This document shows positions 44,845 through 58,224 of a stretch of 64,000 bases of DNA, piece by piece. The stretch comes from a bacterium. GTDB lineage: Bacteria; UBA8248. Numbering within the stretch: position 1 is the first letter of the stretch; the number at the start of each line of letters is the position of its first letter. The stretch is taken from positions 1,504,001 through 1,568,000 of the forward strand of contig CBDBZY010000064.1 of assembly GCA_965213685.1 (NCBI GenBank). Reading direction: 5' to 3'. Under the pieces are notes generated by a model, which was not told the origin of the DNA, ran no database searches, and saw only the letters and a program-made list of their open reading frames with translations. The position numbers and the translations under genes are program-made.

Positions 44845-45906
44845 CTAATCTATAAGTCCTTTCTCTACTTCTTTGGCTAGTCTATGCAAACCAGTTTTCT
44901 GCAGACACGTCACTAGCCAATCCCAAGTAACATCCACTTTGTTTGTTCCTTCCAGCCATTTTCTCAGGATGGCCCGATTGATTTCTGCAGCCTCACGGTT
45001 ATAGGTTCTCTCCATTGCAGCCACTTGAGCACCTTTCTTGTCATTAAGAAGGAATATACCAAACTTGAAGTATGAATCCCCAATTTCAGTAGCGATATCC
45101 ATGGAGCCACTTGCGTTGGGGAAACTCATCAGTGTGGGGAGATCAGGTTCACTGGCTGCATGGAGAAGACACAGTTGTAGGGCAATGTAAACTCAACAGT
45201 TCAACGACTGGTCAATAGTTTAATGACTGGTACCTGACTGAATGCCATAAAACTTTAACCAACACCATAAACACTTACATCGAGATATCCTCTCAAACCC
45301 CTCAGTTGGGGGTGAATTGGGGTTAATGGCTTGGGCTGTGTCAGCTAGAGGAATATTGACACAGTCATGAGGTAATTGTGTCGCATCACTACAGTGGAAT
45401 GCAAAAGTACTGAAAGGTTTGAATCACATATTGGTTTACCCCTGAAGGAACTACTCCAAGAGCAAAATACTGACCTTGTGAGTTGGTAATATATTTGAGA
45501 AGACATCCTTTATATTGTGGCTTTTTCTTCACTGTATCAATCAATGTAAATTTTGTAATTTGTGGCATACCATATAAAACCTAAACTTACCTAAATCTCT
45601 AGTAAGCTTTTCCACCAATTCGTCTGCAGCTGTATCATTTGCTAGAATGAGAACAAACTCTTCAAACCATTCTTCTCGTTTGTGTGATGTATCAATCTTG
45701 GATTCAACACACCTCATCAAGCTATTAGCCTTGCTGGCTGAAGGTTGTCCTAAGACTCCAAGGATATCGTGTTTCTGGCGTGGTGTTATAAAGTTTTTCT
45801 CTGCAAGGCGATTACCAATCACTTGCAGGTTCAGCTCAACAGTGTCAGTGGCCTCTGTGAGGTGAATCCTCAGAGCATATTTTTCAGGTGGTTCTCCACC
45901 AGCCAT
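44845..45906 (-). CDS. Death-fold adaptor gene B: CARD-like + linker + death domain type B
   Basis: Exons at 45906-45591 (MAGGEPPEKYALRIHL..LQVIGNRLAEKNFIT..SKANSLM), 45531-45475, 45344-45279 and 45155-44845 (PDLPTLMSF..YFKFGIFLLND..INRAILRKWLEG..VTWDWLV*). All junctions are phase 1. Confidence 0.87.
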
Positions 45907-47466
45907 ACTGTGAACGGTATAGTGAGCCTATGGAACAACTGTGTGGTATTACCATACTGAAAACCAGGGTATTGATTATGGGCTTACTTCCTACACAGCT
46001 AAAAACAGATTCCAAATGTTATAGCGGCGTTAGGGTGGCTACTTGTCAAAGTGTGTGATCACCACCCTAATTAAACAGTAACACTGGCTGCCCCGCCCGT
46101 GACTTCATAATATCGGAGAGGGCCCGGTGTTAGGCATTCAGCTCAGCGCACGCCGAAGCCTGCACCTCCAAAGGGAAAACGCGCTACACTACACCGAGCA
46201 GTCAGATCCCATCACATTCAGTCAGTGACCGTAGGCTTTAATGCTTCTATACATGCAAGTTGACCACAAACCAAGATGTCCTGTACACTGCCCCGTAACG
46301 ACAGGCACAACCAAGAGGTTTCTTACCCGTCAAACGGTCTGTCTTCAAGCTAGGGTGCTGGGCCGGGGACTAGCTATCCACGTAGCTCACCACAGAGGAA
46401 GGTTCGTCATGGGGCTGGCCCTATGACGCAGCATGAACACATTCACGAACCCGATAGTTATTCACTACGCATCACAGGGAGGAAAGGTCACGGAAATTTA
46501 TGTCTTAGAATTTCCAGTGACAGAATCAATGGCCAATTATCCCCTCCCACAAGACTTCTTTCGGATTATGTACAGAGGTTACGTACAGGTACAAAAAAAT
46601 TAATGTATATATGGATATAGATGGTCTCACTACTGTGCTCTGCAGTGGTGTGTCCAGATCCCATAAAGTTATGTGACAATCATCTCAACCTTGCAGCCCA
46701 GAAACGTCGAGTTATTTGGACATAAATTTATATATATCGTACTCATTCTATTCTCTTGTATTTGCATGATTGCTCCCTTTATTGTTTGCTTATCCAACTT
46801 ATCCTTTACTTCTTATGTTGCACTGCATTCTTATCCACTTGTACATTGTCCAGATTCTGTTCTAGTAATGTGATATAGTCTCGTGTAGCCAAGGGAGTCT
46901 GGCTACGTGAGACTACATGTGATACATGTACATTGTAACTTGGACTGCTGCTGTAAGGATGTTATCCAGCAGACTTTGACACCTTCATTCCAAGCTGCAT
47001 GGTGCACATGTGGTTACTTGCTGTTGACCATGATATCGTACAGTAATCATCACAGACCTGTGATGATGTACCTGCTTATAGCTGAGATGTATTCATAGCT
47101 GAGGTGATTACACAAACAACAGGAATTAGTGTGCAAGAGAAAGGTTAGAGTACTGTGAGATGTTGAATAGACTCAATGACCAAACACACATGAACCTCTC
47201 TCAATTGTATGTATAGGCAGACCATCATGAACATGTATATGTATTCCAGTGTAGAGGAGAAATACCTGAGATAACAACATTTTTATTGTTACTGTAAACG
47301 TCACACGTATATGACATACCACGTATCATTATTATCTCTATCTCTCTTCAACAGCACAACTCTGAATTTTCTCCACTACATTCATGCTAGGACTGTCGAT
47401 TACTCAGGACTGACACTTTAAAAGTATGCATGGTTTTGTACAGCAATAAAAATATGAAATTTGCTA

Positions 47467-49102
47467 CTACACAATGAGACCATTTTCAACTACTTGAGCT
47501 AGTGCATGCAAATTAGCCTGCTTTAGACTATTCAAAAGCCAGTCCCATGTCACTGCAACACCATTCACTCCCTGCAACCATTCTCTCAGGATTGCCCGAT
47601 TGATCTCTTCAACTTGATGTTGGCAACTACTCTTCAGGATACTCACTCTGTCACCTTTGCGATCATTCAGCAGAAACACACCAAATTTGAAATAGGATGC
47701 TCCAACTTTAACAGCAATGTCAATTGGCCCATCCTTGGTGGGGAAACTCATCAGCGTAGGAAGATCAGGGTCTCTGCCTGTAAAAAAGACTTCGAATCAC
47801 AGCTTTGATCATGTTTTGCATGTGGTGGTACCACCAGTACTCGGTACTAGCGATACTGTTCATCAGTAAGCACTTTAACTTACTTCGTGGAACTTTTTCA
47901 AAGGCAGAAGGTGATGTGGGGCTCTGGACTGGGGTTGAGCATGTCGTAGAACTGGCTGTAGGTGCACAAATCAACACAGTATGACAACAGACTCTATTGT
48001 GTACCTGGACTATGCACCCTCACCGCTGGAAGACACTGATGCGGATCTTCCATTTGTGGCTCCATCACTAGTCACTGCACCATTGGATGTAGGTCCTTTG
48101 GTCAAAAGTAAGGACTGATTTCACTGTTTCATGTGGATAAGCTACACAAACCTTGCTCTATGTTGATCTTGGTGGCTATTTTCTTGGCCAGTCCTTTGTG
48201 GTTCCCTCCAGCATCATGCCCCACAGCATCTACCAACACCTGCCAGGTCTGTGGGAGGAGGGATGTCTGCAGCCACGTTCGGAGCATGGCTGCCTCACGT
48301 ATTCCAGCATCTGTGTCTTTGCCATTCCGGATACTCTCTAGCTCACAAACAGGGACTCCCAGTACAACACCCATCTGATACCATCGAGAGGCAATCTTCT
48401 TGTTTAGGAGGTTCTGGATGTGTGCCACTGCACTGTCTGTGTTTTCAAACCCATCACCTACAAGTGTGCATTTAAAACAAAGGAATCCAGGAATACACAT
48501 GAAAAGTTGTTAGTTGTGTTTTTCTCATGACATGTGTATGAATACCCATTTTAAACCTCATCATTGTATGATATGGACTGTTGGGTGTGTGTATCCATAT
48601 TCACATACACTATAACCACTCACCAATGTTTTCAGTGCTGATGTTTGCGAAGATTGTATTTGGCTGAAAATGGCACAAATCTGCAGAGTAATGGGAGTGG
48701 TTACTTTAGTTACCTGTTTCCTCAATCCCAGGACAATTACATGCACTACTTCCCTGTTTTATAGCTACATGCACCCTCTATACATGTAGCTGCCCAACCA
48801 TTTGCCCGTGACAAATACATGCACGTGTATGAGCTCCATACCTCTGTAAGAATTAGCAATCTTTTGTGCCAGCACCTGGTGCCCTCCTCCAGCAGGTCTG
48901 TAGATGGCTGCTACTAGCGACGTCCACGAGGCATCTCCACTTGTCAGCCACTTATACAAGGCCAAAGCAAGACAGTCATCAGCTGATCTTCCATTCTGTT
49001 GAATCTGGCCTTGGCCAGTCACTCCTAGCTGCAAGGAGAATCCATGCCAACTGGCAGCCAGCTCATGCAGGGCACGGAACAGGTAGGGAAGGTGGTCCTC
49101 AT
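47467..49102 (-). CDS. Death-fold gene C: three death domains (D + C + B) with linkers; 5' end uncertain (candidate ATG at 50077)
   Basis: Phase-1 exons at 49102-48842 (ELAASWHGFSLQLGV..CLALALYKWL..ASWTSLVAAI), 48680-48624, 48457-48152 (IASRWYQMGVVLGVP..MLRTWL..TWQVLVDAV), 48095-48024, 47955-47884 and 47777-47467 (PDLPTLMSF..YFKFGVFLLND*). Candidate upstream exons are ATG-T|GTAAGT at 50077-50074 and one starting at 49987. Confidence 0.85.
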
Positions 49103-50369
49103 CTAGAGGATACATGAGGATTGTAGAAGTAAACTCTGCCTGCTCTTTGCCTCACCTCCACTGTGACCTACATATCTCTAAATTACCACTTGCTCTTTAC
49201 TAGATGAAAACGGTATTATATTGGAGGACACTGACAACAACAAATACAGGCAAACGTAACAGTAACTAATGACCAGATATTAAAAGCAGGCAGAGTCATT
49301 ATCTGTATAATATTCTTCAAATACTTAATTAACAAAAATATAGACACGAGTAGTGCTAAGTCTTTAAGCTACTAGAATGGCACATGGTATGCAGCAGATA
49401 GGTGATAGTTAGTGTGGCTATCCATGGAATCACAGCATTAACACATGAGGTAAGTGCAGGACAACTTTGTCATGGTTGCACACTGGTTCAATGGTCACCC
49501 CCTCCCCCCATACATTTCCCTGTGCATTAATTACTCTGGGTTGGTGGTGATGCTTGAGCAAGGAGGAAAGGTACCCTTTCTCCTCCCTGGTGATGCTATG
49601 CCAATGTGCTCTGGTCAGAGGAGTAAGAAGCCACACCTTCTATGCCCAAAGTGCAGTCACAGGAACAATCCATGGAATATGGAGCAAGATCCAGCTTAAG
49701 ATCCTACCCCTAGTCAATTGCTACCTCTGGTGTAGCTAGCTACGTAGGGATGATCCTAAACCTACTGAATAGAGGCATCAGAAAGTGACCATTGCCCTTT
49801 CCTTCTTCAAATTATTTCAGAGGACCAAGGGGACACAGCACCACATATATACTGTACACTGCCCATTATGAGGACTCTTACTGATTACATTGCCATGTGT
49901 GCACTGCTGGCCATAACTCACTGAGGTCATTATTCTTATCTTGCTGGATCCTATCCAGTAGCTTCAATAGCAGTTCCTCCTCTGTCGCTGTACAAGTACA
50001 ATGAATGGCTGTAAATGAGCTTGTAGTCACGTCTGCGTGTAACAAGCTAGAATCTAAACTGTGTTCAACTTACACATCGTTTCTTGTTAGCACCTTCTCA
50101 GTAGTAGAACGCGAGCAAGTCGTTTGGTGTCATGGCCGCTGCGCAGCACAAAGGTGCTTCCCCCGGGGAAGTCCGTGAGTGGGAGTGGCTATCTGCACAC
50201 TTTGCAAATACTGCCGTAATGAATTGGACTACCATTGCAGCAGCTACATGCACCTCTAAAGCGCCGCGTACATAGGCCCCAGAGGTAAAAAATAAGGGGG
50301 AAAATGAAGCCTGAAGCCTTTCAAGCAACTAATGCCGAACGTGCAAGGCTGGCTAAGGCCAACACAGGA

Positions 50370-51975
50370 ATGGCATCCATTCTGAACCTCTGAGGGCTGA
50401 TTACTCCCTTCGGGTCCACTCTAGATGAAATGTTAGCCAAGCATCCTCAGCATCCTCATCCGCAGCTCCCAATCCCTCTTCTCCATCACCGCCCTCCTTT
50501 TCTGTCACAGCCCAGTTCATGTCAAGAGCCCTACAGTCATTTCCTGGTGACTCAGCCCCTGGTCCCTCCTTACTACGAGCTAATATTGAAAGAAGCTATT
50601 CGCTGTCCAATGGCAGACTGTGGAAATCGTGCTTTGAGGGCTATTACATCCACAGTGAACCTTCTGGCTGCTGGGGGTGCTCCACTGGAGGTTGCATCCC
50701 TCCCCACTTCTAGTTCCTGGCTGGGAAAAAGAAAAGTGGTGCAGGCCTTAGACTCATTGCTGTTGGGGATGTGCTTCGACGGCTAACATCAAAATGTGTA
50801 TCTCAGGCAGCTACCTTGATGTTACAACATTTTAACACCACTGCAGGTTGGAGTTGGGGTTAAGGCGGGGTGTGAAGCTATCATTCACTCCGTGGCTCAC
50901 ATTCTGGAAAGTGGAGACCTCCGCCCACTCTCACGGTGGATCCTTTTGTTAGATTTTTCCAATGCCATTAATTAGGGTCAATGTGTTTCGTGAAATATGT
51001 GCCAAGTTGCCAGGTCTGTCAAGGTGGGTGGAATGCTGCTATAGCACAGAATCACACCTACTGTTTGGTGACCCCTTTGTACTTAGCTAAAAAACGTTTT
51101 TTGGTAACTCAGGTGAAGAAGGACTCCCAGTCACTGGGTCCAGGTTCAATGCCCAATAACCACGTGGCATTCACTGGAAGACATCAACATCCCTCTTCAC
51201 CAAAAATTGCTATCTCGACTAATTGATGAGGCCTTCTTCAACACCCTGGTGGATTCAGTGCCAGACGTCAGATCTTCATCCCTGCCTCATGCAGTGGATT
51301 GGCTGAATGTCATTCCCCCTCCAGCCCTGGACCTCATCCTCCTTGACCAAGGGTTTAGGCTTTGTCTAAACTACTGGCTGGGTCTCCGATTGGCTAAAGA
51401 TGTTACCTCTTGCCCTGCATGTGACAAATCCTTGGCTACCAACCCTTACAAAGACAATCAGGTGGGATGCAGAGGCAATGGTGACCAAAGTCATCGGTAT
51501 GACGTTCTCAGAGATGCCCACTTCACAGCTGCCCAGTCTGTGGCCTTAGTCCCAGGTAAGGAAGCACCCTCTCTGATCACTGACACCAGGTCCCACCCAG
51601 CAGACATCTTCCTCACTAACTGGTGCAGGGGACACCCTGCTGCTTTGGATGTGTTGGTGATTTCAACTATGCAGCCACGTACTCAGTCTGGTGCTGCTCC
51701 TGGAATTAGTTTTGCCCTAAATGTGGCTGAGGAAAGGAAGATGTTGGCCCACAGCACTGAATGCTCAGCTGCAGAAGTAACATTTGTGCCTCTTGTTGCT
51801 GAGTCTCTGGCGGATTGGAGCGAAGGATCTGTTTGTCAAATTGCTAGAATTGGTTGCCTAGTGGGCCAGACGCTTGGTATCCCTCCAGCAGAACCTGAGA
51901 AACATTCAGCATCTTTCAATCTGCCTTTGGAAATGCAACTCCAACCTGTGGGCTCACAGCTTATTAAAACATAAT
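50370..51975 (+). mobile_element. Degenerate non-LTR retrotransposon with a restriction-like endonuclease (CRE-clade-like)
   Basis: Frameshifted motifs SFPGDSAPGPS, IAVGDVLRRL, LQVGVGVKAGCEAIIH, LLDFSNA, a CPAC knuckle, and PADIFL..W..GHPAALDV..AEERK..FVPLVAESL. Confidence 0.8.
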
Positions 51976-52858
51976 ACATACAGCTCTCTTCAGGTGTAGT
52001 TCAGTAAACTAGTCATAAAATATAATATCGATCAGTGTTTAGTAAATGTAGATCGATATTAAATATGATTCAGTGCAGTCAAAGTCAATATCGATCATGA
52101 ATGTTGATTGATGTTTGATGGATGAGATCTCTTTCCTCACGTACTGTATGGACGATCGAAACATCGGCCTTTCATTTATTTTATTTTTGATAATGGAGTA
52201 CATATGCAGGTAGCATGAAAGCTAGTAGTGCATTCCAACATATACAGAGCAGCTAGAACATATCAGTCTGAAGCAAAAAAGAAGGTTTATACAAGGGCAA
52301 GGGCATCTCTTCCCTGTTAGACAGGGTTACTCTAAACTCACTACTAAGGAGTGGGCTGGGGTAATGAATATGGGACGCCCTTTTTCTCAAAAACTCAATT
52401 ACTATTACAGTACTTTCCTCCTGGAATTTTTATGTACAGGAACTCTTCTTATCATACAAGAACAATTACATGACTACATATGACAAAGCATGCTTAAAGG
52501 AGGTGAGACTAGGGGAGCCAGTCACAGACGGTGGGAGGTAACTGCATGTGGAGCAAAGGAACACATAAAGTATGCTGTATTTGAGCTGTATGGCAGTAAT
52601 TGGAGGGGATTGTTCCCAATAACCTAATAGCATAGCCCACAAAATCATAATTATCAGGTATTAAAAAAGATGTAGGGATGGAGTTACTTGTATAGCCTTT
52701 GTATAACCTGTCTTGCCTGCACACTGGCATCCCTACACCAAGTTTCTGTGGTTTTTGGCACAGCCATCCCTACATCTTTCACATTTAATGCTTGTAAATA
52801 TTGCCCAGAGTCTCACGTGATAGCTTTTAAATTGCATATACAATTAACAAGATCTAAC

Positions 52859-55800
52859 ATGTCGTCCAAAGAGCCTGAGCCTAGGAGTAATCATGCTGCC
52901 GTTGGTATTGGGAATATGCTATACGTCTGGGGAGGGTGTACCAACTCGGGTCCTCTCGAGGCTACTACAATCGAGCGTTTTGACATAACTTCCCAGAGGT
53001 GGCAAGAGTCACAACAGCTCCCGAAAGGCTCCCTCCCTCATGGTCTTTATGCCACGGCTGTAACTACCGACGGCCAGAGTGCCTACTCTTTCGGGGGCCT
53101 GGTTGACTCTTCAAGGCGCTGCAATAGGTTCTACAAGTACGACTTGGCCTCTCTGCAATGTTCGGAGGTGATTCCGCAGGGCCGCAGTGTTGCAAAGAAC
53201 ATAGCTTGCAGCGGTATCGTGCACTTTGGCCGAAAACTTGTGACCTACGGAGGATATCCTGATCAGCAGTCATTTGATCGTTACTCTGGCCCGAGTGCTG
53301 CGCTGTGTGTGTTGGATCTCACAACAGGTCAGTTCAGTGGCAACCGTCTACATTGTTACCGCGGCGTACATCACATTCACAGCAACATACAGCATGTCTA
53401 GCTTGCTAGCTTGCAGGCGTTCCAGATGTGAGATCCGGCATCAATTCACTTTGTCTAGTACAGTTCACAGCCAGTGTTCATGCAAGCATCCAGCCACACC
53501 CACTTATTTGTATGGCATCAAGAGACTTTAAATGCTCTTGCAGGTACGTGCACAAACCAGCATGCTGTGGGGGACAGACCACCTCCTCTGTCTGCCCACA
53601 CATTTACCAAGATTGACCACCACAGAGCTGTGGTGTTCGGAGGATTTGACGGAAGCAGGTGGCTGAATGACACATATGTGCTGGACATGATGAAATGGGT
53701 ATGTAAATTAACTGGGCATTGGTCCTGTTACAAGGTATGAAATGAAAATTACGACTCAGTGTTCCAGTGTTGATGGAGACCTTTCTCATAGAGGTTTTAC
53801 TGGTGCAGTCAAGCAGACAGTGCAGCTTTTCAACATTGAACACTATATCCACTTGTGCATATTTTTACTAAAGTCTACTTTAGCTTGAAGGACACAGGCC
53901 TATTCTTTCTCCGATAGCTCCTGCTAGCCTAGTCCATTGGCCTATGTACATATAAGTATTTTGGGTTTTGAATGTTGTAATGGTAGTGAACAACCATCAT
54001 TATATACAGTCTGCATGTGATAGGATCATTCTTTGTGTTGCTGTTTATTTTTTGGTATGTATGTGCATCATCAATGTGTAAGGCATGCAGCATGTTAGAG
54101 GAACACACCAGTGAGGTGTGGGGATGTGTGATAGGTGCAATAAAATGTGAAGAATGCAATAAAAGGTGTGAAATCTTAAGGGACAGGTGAATCTCCTTTA
54201 TCCACAATAAGCCTTAGCAACTGGTGCCAGTAACTAAAACATACTACAAATACGTTTTGTCACACCCACTCACATCTCTTGTACATGTGATATGAACTAT
54301 TGTTGTTTGGAGTTTGCATCCATAGTAATCTTCACATTAAACAAATATAATGGCAATGCAGCACTGGACGAAACTGCACACTGGAGTCAGGCCACGTCAT
54401 TCAACATCCCATGCTGCTTGCTGTATAGCTGGTCCCCTCACAGGAGAAAAGCACCCACTGCTCATGGTGATTGGAGGGCAGCTTGATAATGGGGAAGCCT
54501 TGGATGATGTGTGGCTGCTGGATGTGGATGACGTGCTGTGGACCAAGGTGGGTACTAGCAGTCATGGATGGTTATTCCGTAGAAAGTTCCATGTCATCCA
54601 TGAATGTTCCTAGTTGGATGACACAATATGTAACGGGGGACATCCATGGATTTCCCATGGACACACACCTGGCACAGTAACTGGGATGTCCACGGACTGT
54701 CCATGGACACACACCTATACCCACACATGCATGTACCCTCGTGTCCTAGTATCCGTGGATGGCACAGTAACTGGGGATGTCCACGGACCGTCCATGGACA
54801 CACACCTATACCCACACATACATGTACCCTCGTGTCCTAGTATCCGTGGATGGCACAGTAACTGGGGATGTCCACGGACTGTCCATGGACACACACCTAT
54901 ACCCACACATATATGTACCCTCGTGTCCTAGTATCCGTGGATGGCACAGTAACTGGGGATGTCCACGGACCGTCCATGGACACACACCTATACCCACACA
55001 TATATGTACCCTCGTGTCCTAGTATCCGTGGATGGCACAGTAACTGGGGATGTCCACGGACTGTCCATGGACACACACCTATACCCACACATACATGTAC
55101 CCTCGTGTCCTAGTATCCGTGGATGGCACAGTAACTGGGGATGTCCACGGACTGTCCATGGACACACACTTATACCCACACATACATGTACCCTCGTGTC
55201 CTAGTATCCGTGGATCACAGTAACTGGGGATGTCCACGGACTGTCCATGGACACATGCCTATACCCAAATAATAAAGTAACTGGGGAAATTATTAGTGAG
55301 TTCTTACTGAGATTTTTATCAACCAGGAATCAATTAAGACACTTGTAGAGACATGTATATACATGTACCTGTACATGGATGTGACTAACATAAATGTGTG
55401 TCAATATAAATGTACATGTACATGGATACAAAATTATATGACATGCTGCAGCTTTTTACGGTTATGTTCATCACAAAGATACAAAATGTAGAACAGAAAG
55501 TGGCATTTGTTCATGTGCTGTGTGATACGTGCGTAGCGTGAAAGCCATGAGAACATCTGTTCACATACTTCTGTGTCAACCTACGTGTAGATACAGAAAA
55601 GGTAAAAGACAGTTTTTGTGTATGTACAGTACATGTATACATAACCAGGTTATATCAAATCTTACATTGTTGAGAGCATCAAAAGTGTAGGGGTTGCAGT
55701 GGGTCTTGCACCAGGAATCAACATGACCCTTGAAGTGCATTTTGTCGATGACAATGTTCAAAGCAGAAATGAACTTCACTGTTTCAGTTTGCTGTGAACG

Positions 55801-58224
55801 TTCTGGATTCTTGGCATACCTCTTCAAATGGCATCCATCGTCATAGATCAGAAATTCTACATGTACAAATAATTAAATTATGAGTATATACATCTACTGA
55901 ACGTGAAAAAATCACTCGTATAAGCACATGCATAAGTACATGTACTGTACAGGTACAAAGCTACAGTAGTGTGTGCTTTGTGTATTCAATTAATACTTGC
56001 CCAGATTTTCTGCTGCTGGATGGTTTTCTTGAAGAAAAGTGTGGATACTGCCATAGACCTGAGACTTTGACTCAGCTCCATATAATTCTCCGACCATAGT
56101 TACTGTCCCACATGGCCATGCACCAACAACAATCCCTACAGAATCATATATATATATATATAAATGTATAGCAACTATGTATCTGATATGTAAAGCTATT
56201 AGCTCAGTACAAAATACCTGCAGTATGATGTTTGGTGCGTTGTTTGTCCTTCTCTGTGTTGCACTTGAGCATCGGCGTATCACTTGGCTTGGTGTCAAAA
56301 AATCTGGATTGGATTGAGCAGAACATGAGGCCTGAGGCTTGTGTGAACTGTGTATACCATTGGTACAACATCAGAAGCAAAAATGTGTGTACATTCCATG
56401 TCAGAATGAAAAGCAACTAATCCATTGCCAGTACAGATATCTAGCTCATGATGGTCATCCTTTACCCTTTGTTTGTTGATTCTACAGTTACTGTGCCATC
56501 CACAGATACTAGGACACGAGGGTACATATATGTGTGGGTATAGGTGTGTGTCCATGGACAGTCCGTGGACATCCCAGTTACTGTGCCATCCACAGATACT
56601 AGGACACGAGGGTACATGTACAATGTATGTGTGGGTACTCCACAGATGTCCATAGGAGGTAGGTGGGAGTAAAGGGTGTGTGTCCAGGGACTTCCCTGGT
56701 GATTTGCTGCCCATGTTGAGTAATTGTACATGTACATATATACATGTACTGTACATGTTGGACATCCATGGATGACATGGGAATTTCTACGGCATTGCTG
56801 TCCAACCCTCGGTACTAGTGTACTGCATCCTGTTGTGTACTCAGGTGTCTATAATGTGCTGTGGACCAAGGTGGGTAATGGGTATACTGTGCCCTGTTGT
56901 GTAATCAGGTGTTGTATGTGTTTGCAGTTATATGAACATTTCATTTCATGCCTCTGCAGCTCAAACTTTACATGCCCATCACATCACGATATGGCCATTC
57001 CGCTGTTGTGTTTGACTTAGGGCGACAATTAAGAGTGGTAGTCTTGTTTGGAGGGAGTGCAAAGGACTCTCGGTCCTATTCTCTGAAGCACATGTCAGAG
57101 ACTACATTGCTGTGGTTGGGTAAGTGAATGATCTTCAGCTTTAATTGTCTCCTTTATTGCACATGCACTGTCTGTTGTCTGAGTAGCTGTGCATGTGAAC
57201 AGACAGCGAGACAAACAGAACAAAACAATGCTAGTATCCCTGCTCCTCCTCTTGCTCTTCCTCCTCATCCTCATCCTCATCATCATCATCATCAGACTAA
57301 TAGTATAAGCACTGCCTTAGATTTCTGCCATCAACCATGCATCTAATGACCTGGGCAACACTACATGTAGTTGTGTCCAACAATACAGTAGATACCCTAC
57401 CTGTCACTCTCCTTGCATGTCAATGATGAGATGTGTTACTAGGCATATCCACTTATAATCCTTTCACACAAGAAGCTTCTGTAGGAATCACTATAATGCT
57501 CACAAGATCCTTCACACGAGGGCAAAGTGAATATCACTAGTACTCTAAACCCAGCCTGCTCTACCTCTATCAGATGACTAAAAATAGAATGGGCTATTGG
57601 CCACAACACTGTGCCACACCTAATGGTATATTCAACTTTTCTCTTTGAACACCACCTTCTCATCAATGTTATTATCTACACTCATTTGTCACAATACCCT
57701 GTAGCACTTTTGTGTGGGCAAAGGAAAGCCTTAAGGCAGGTACAGTGTAAGTTGTGTTCCTGATACTGCACAGAGTGGGGGTCAATTTATTGATGTACAT
57801 GTATCTCTGGTCACAATAGCTCCACCTAGGTTTCTGGGTGTATGGGTGATGGCAGTAATGTTAAGGCAGCATTTTGACAATCATGTCATATTACTTAGCA
57901 CTCCTACCCTCCCTCCTTCCATCAGAGCCCATCAAAGGTTCATGGGACGTGACTAAGGTGGTAAAACCTGATCAGCTAGGAAGACTTAATAGAAGACTGA
58001 GAGAAATGATGAAGAGAATGCAACTCTCTCCTCAGGGTGTTGAGAAAGGTGAGTACTGAGTCTGTATGTACTATTACAAAATAGCCACCACAAGTAGGCA
58101 GACTTATGTGGATATTACTAATTCAACACATTATGTGTATATTACTAATTCAGCACATGTAGAGGCTGGAGATGGGAGCCAGGTCCAGAGCACTGCTGAT
58201 AGTTCAGAGCACAAGGACAATTGA
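52859..58224 (+). CDS. Kelch-repeat protein (KLHDC/RABEPK/HCF-like propeller) with a short C-terminal tail
   Basis: Exons at 52859-53327, 53544-53698, 54362-54547, 56960-57119, 57926-58048 and 58163-58224, all in frame. Kelch motifs PEPRSNHAAV..LYVWGG, AYSFGG, LVTYGG, AHTF..AVVFGG, SHAAC..LMVIGG and RYGHSAV..VLFGG. Confidence 0.9.
54559..56810 (-). mobile_element. KDZ (Kyakuja-Dileera-Zisupton)-type transposon with an intron-containing transposase remnant
   Basis: 8-bp TSD GGTACTAG (54551-54558 and 56811-56818) and imperfect TIRs sharing CCGTAGAAA..CCATGTCATCCATG. Minus-strand exons encode HHTAG|IVVGAWPCG..ELYGAESKSQV, IYDDGCHL..VIDKMHFKGH..C and VDTEVCEQMFSWL. Confidence 0.85.
54640..55268. 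repeat. 91-bp tandem subterminal repeat, about seven units
   Basis: Unit GGCACAGTAACTGGGGATGTCCACGGAC..CCTCGTGTCCTAGTATCCGTGGAT. Inverted copies lie at ~56485-56620. Confidence 0.95.

Noticed and set aside
52110-52165. Possible hammerhead (GATGTTT..GGATGAGATC..GATCGAAACATC)
   Set aside because: The CTGANGA core is not intact and there is only one copy.
54640-55268. CRISPR-like or coding repeat array
   Set aside because: The units are contiguous and near-identical with no unique spacers, the context is eukaryotic, and the array is the subterminal repeat of a transposon.
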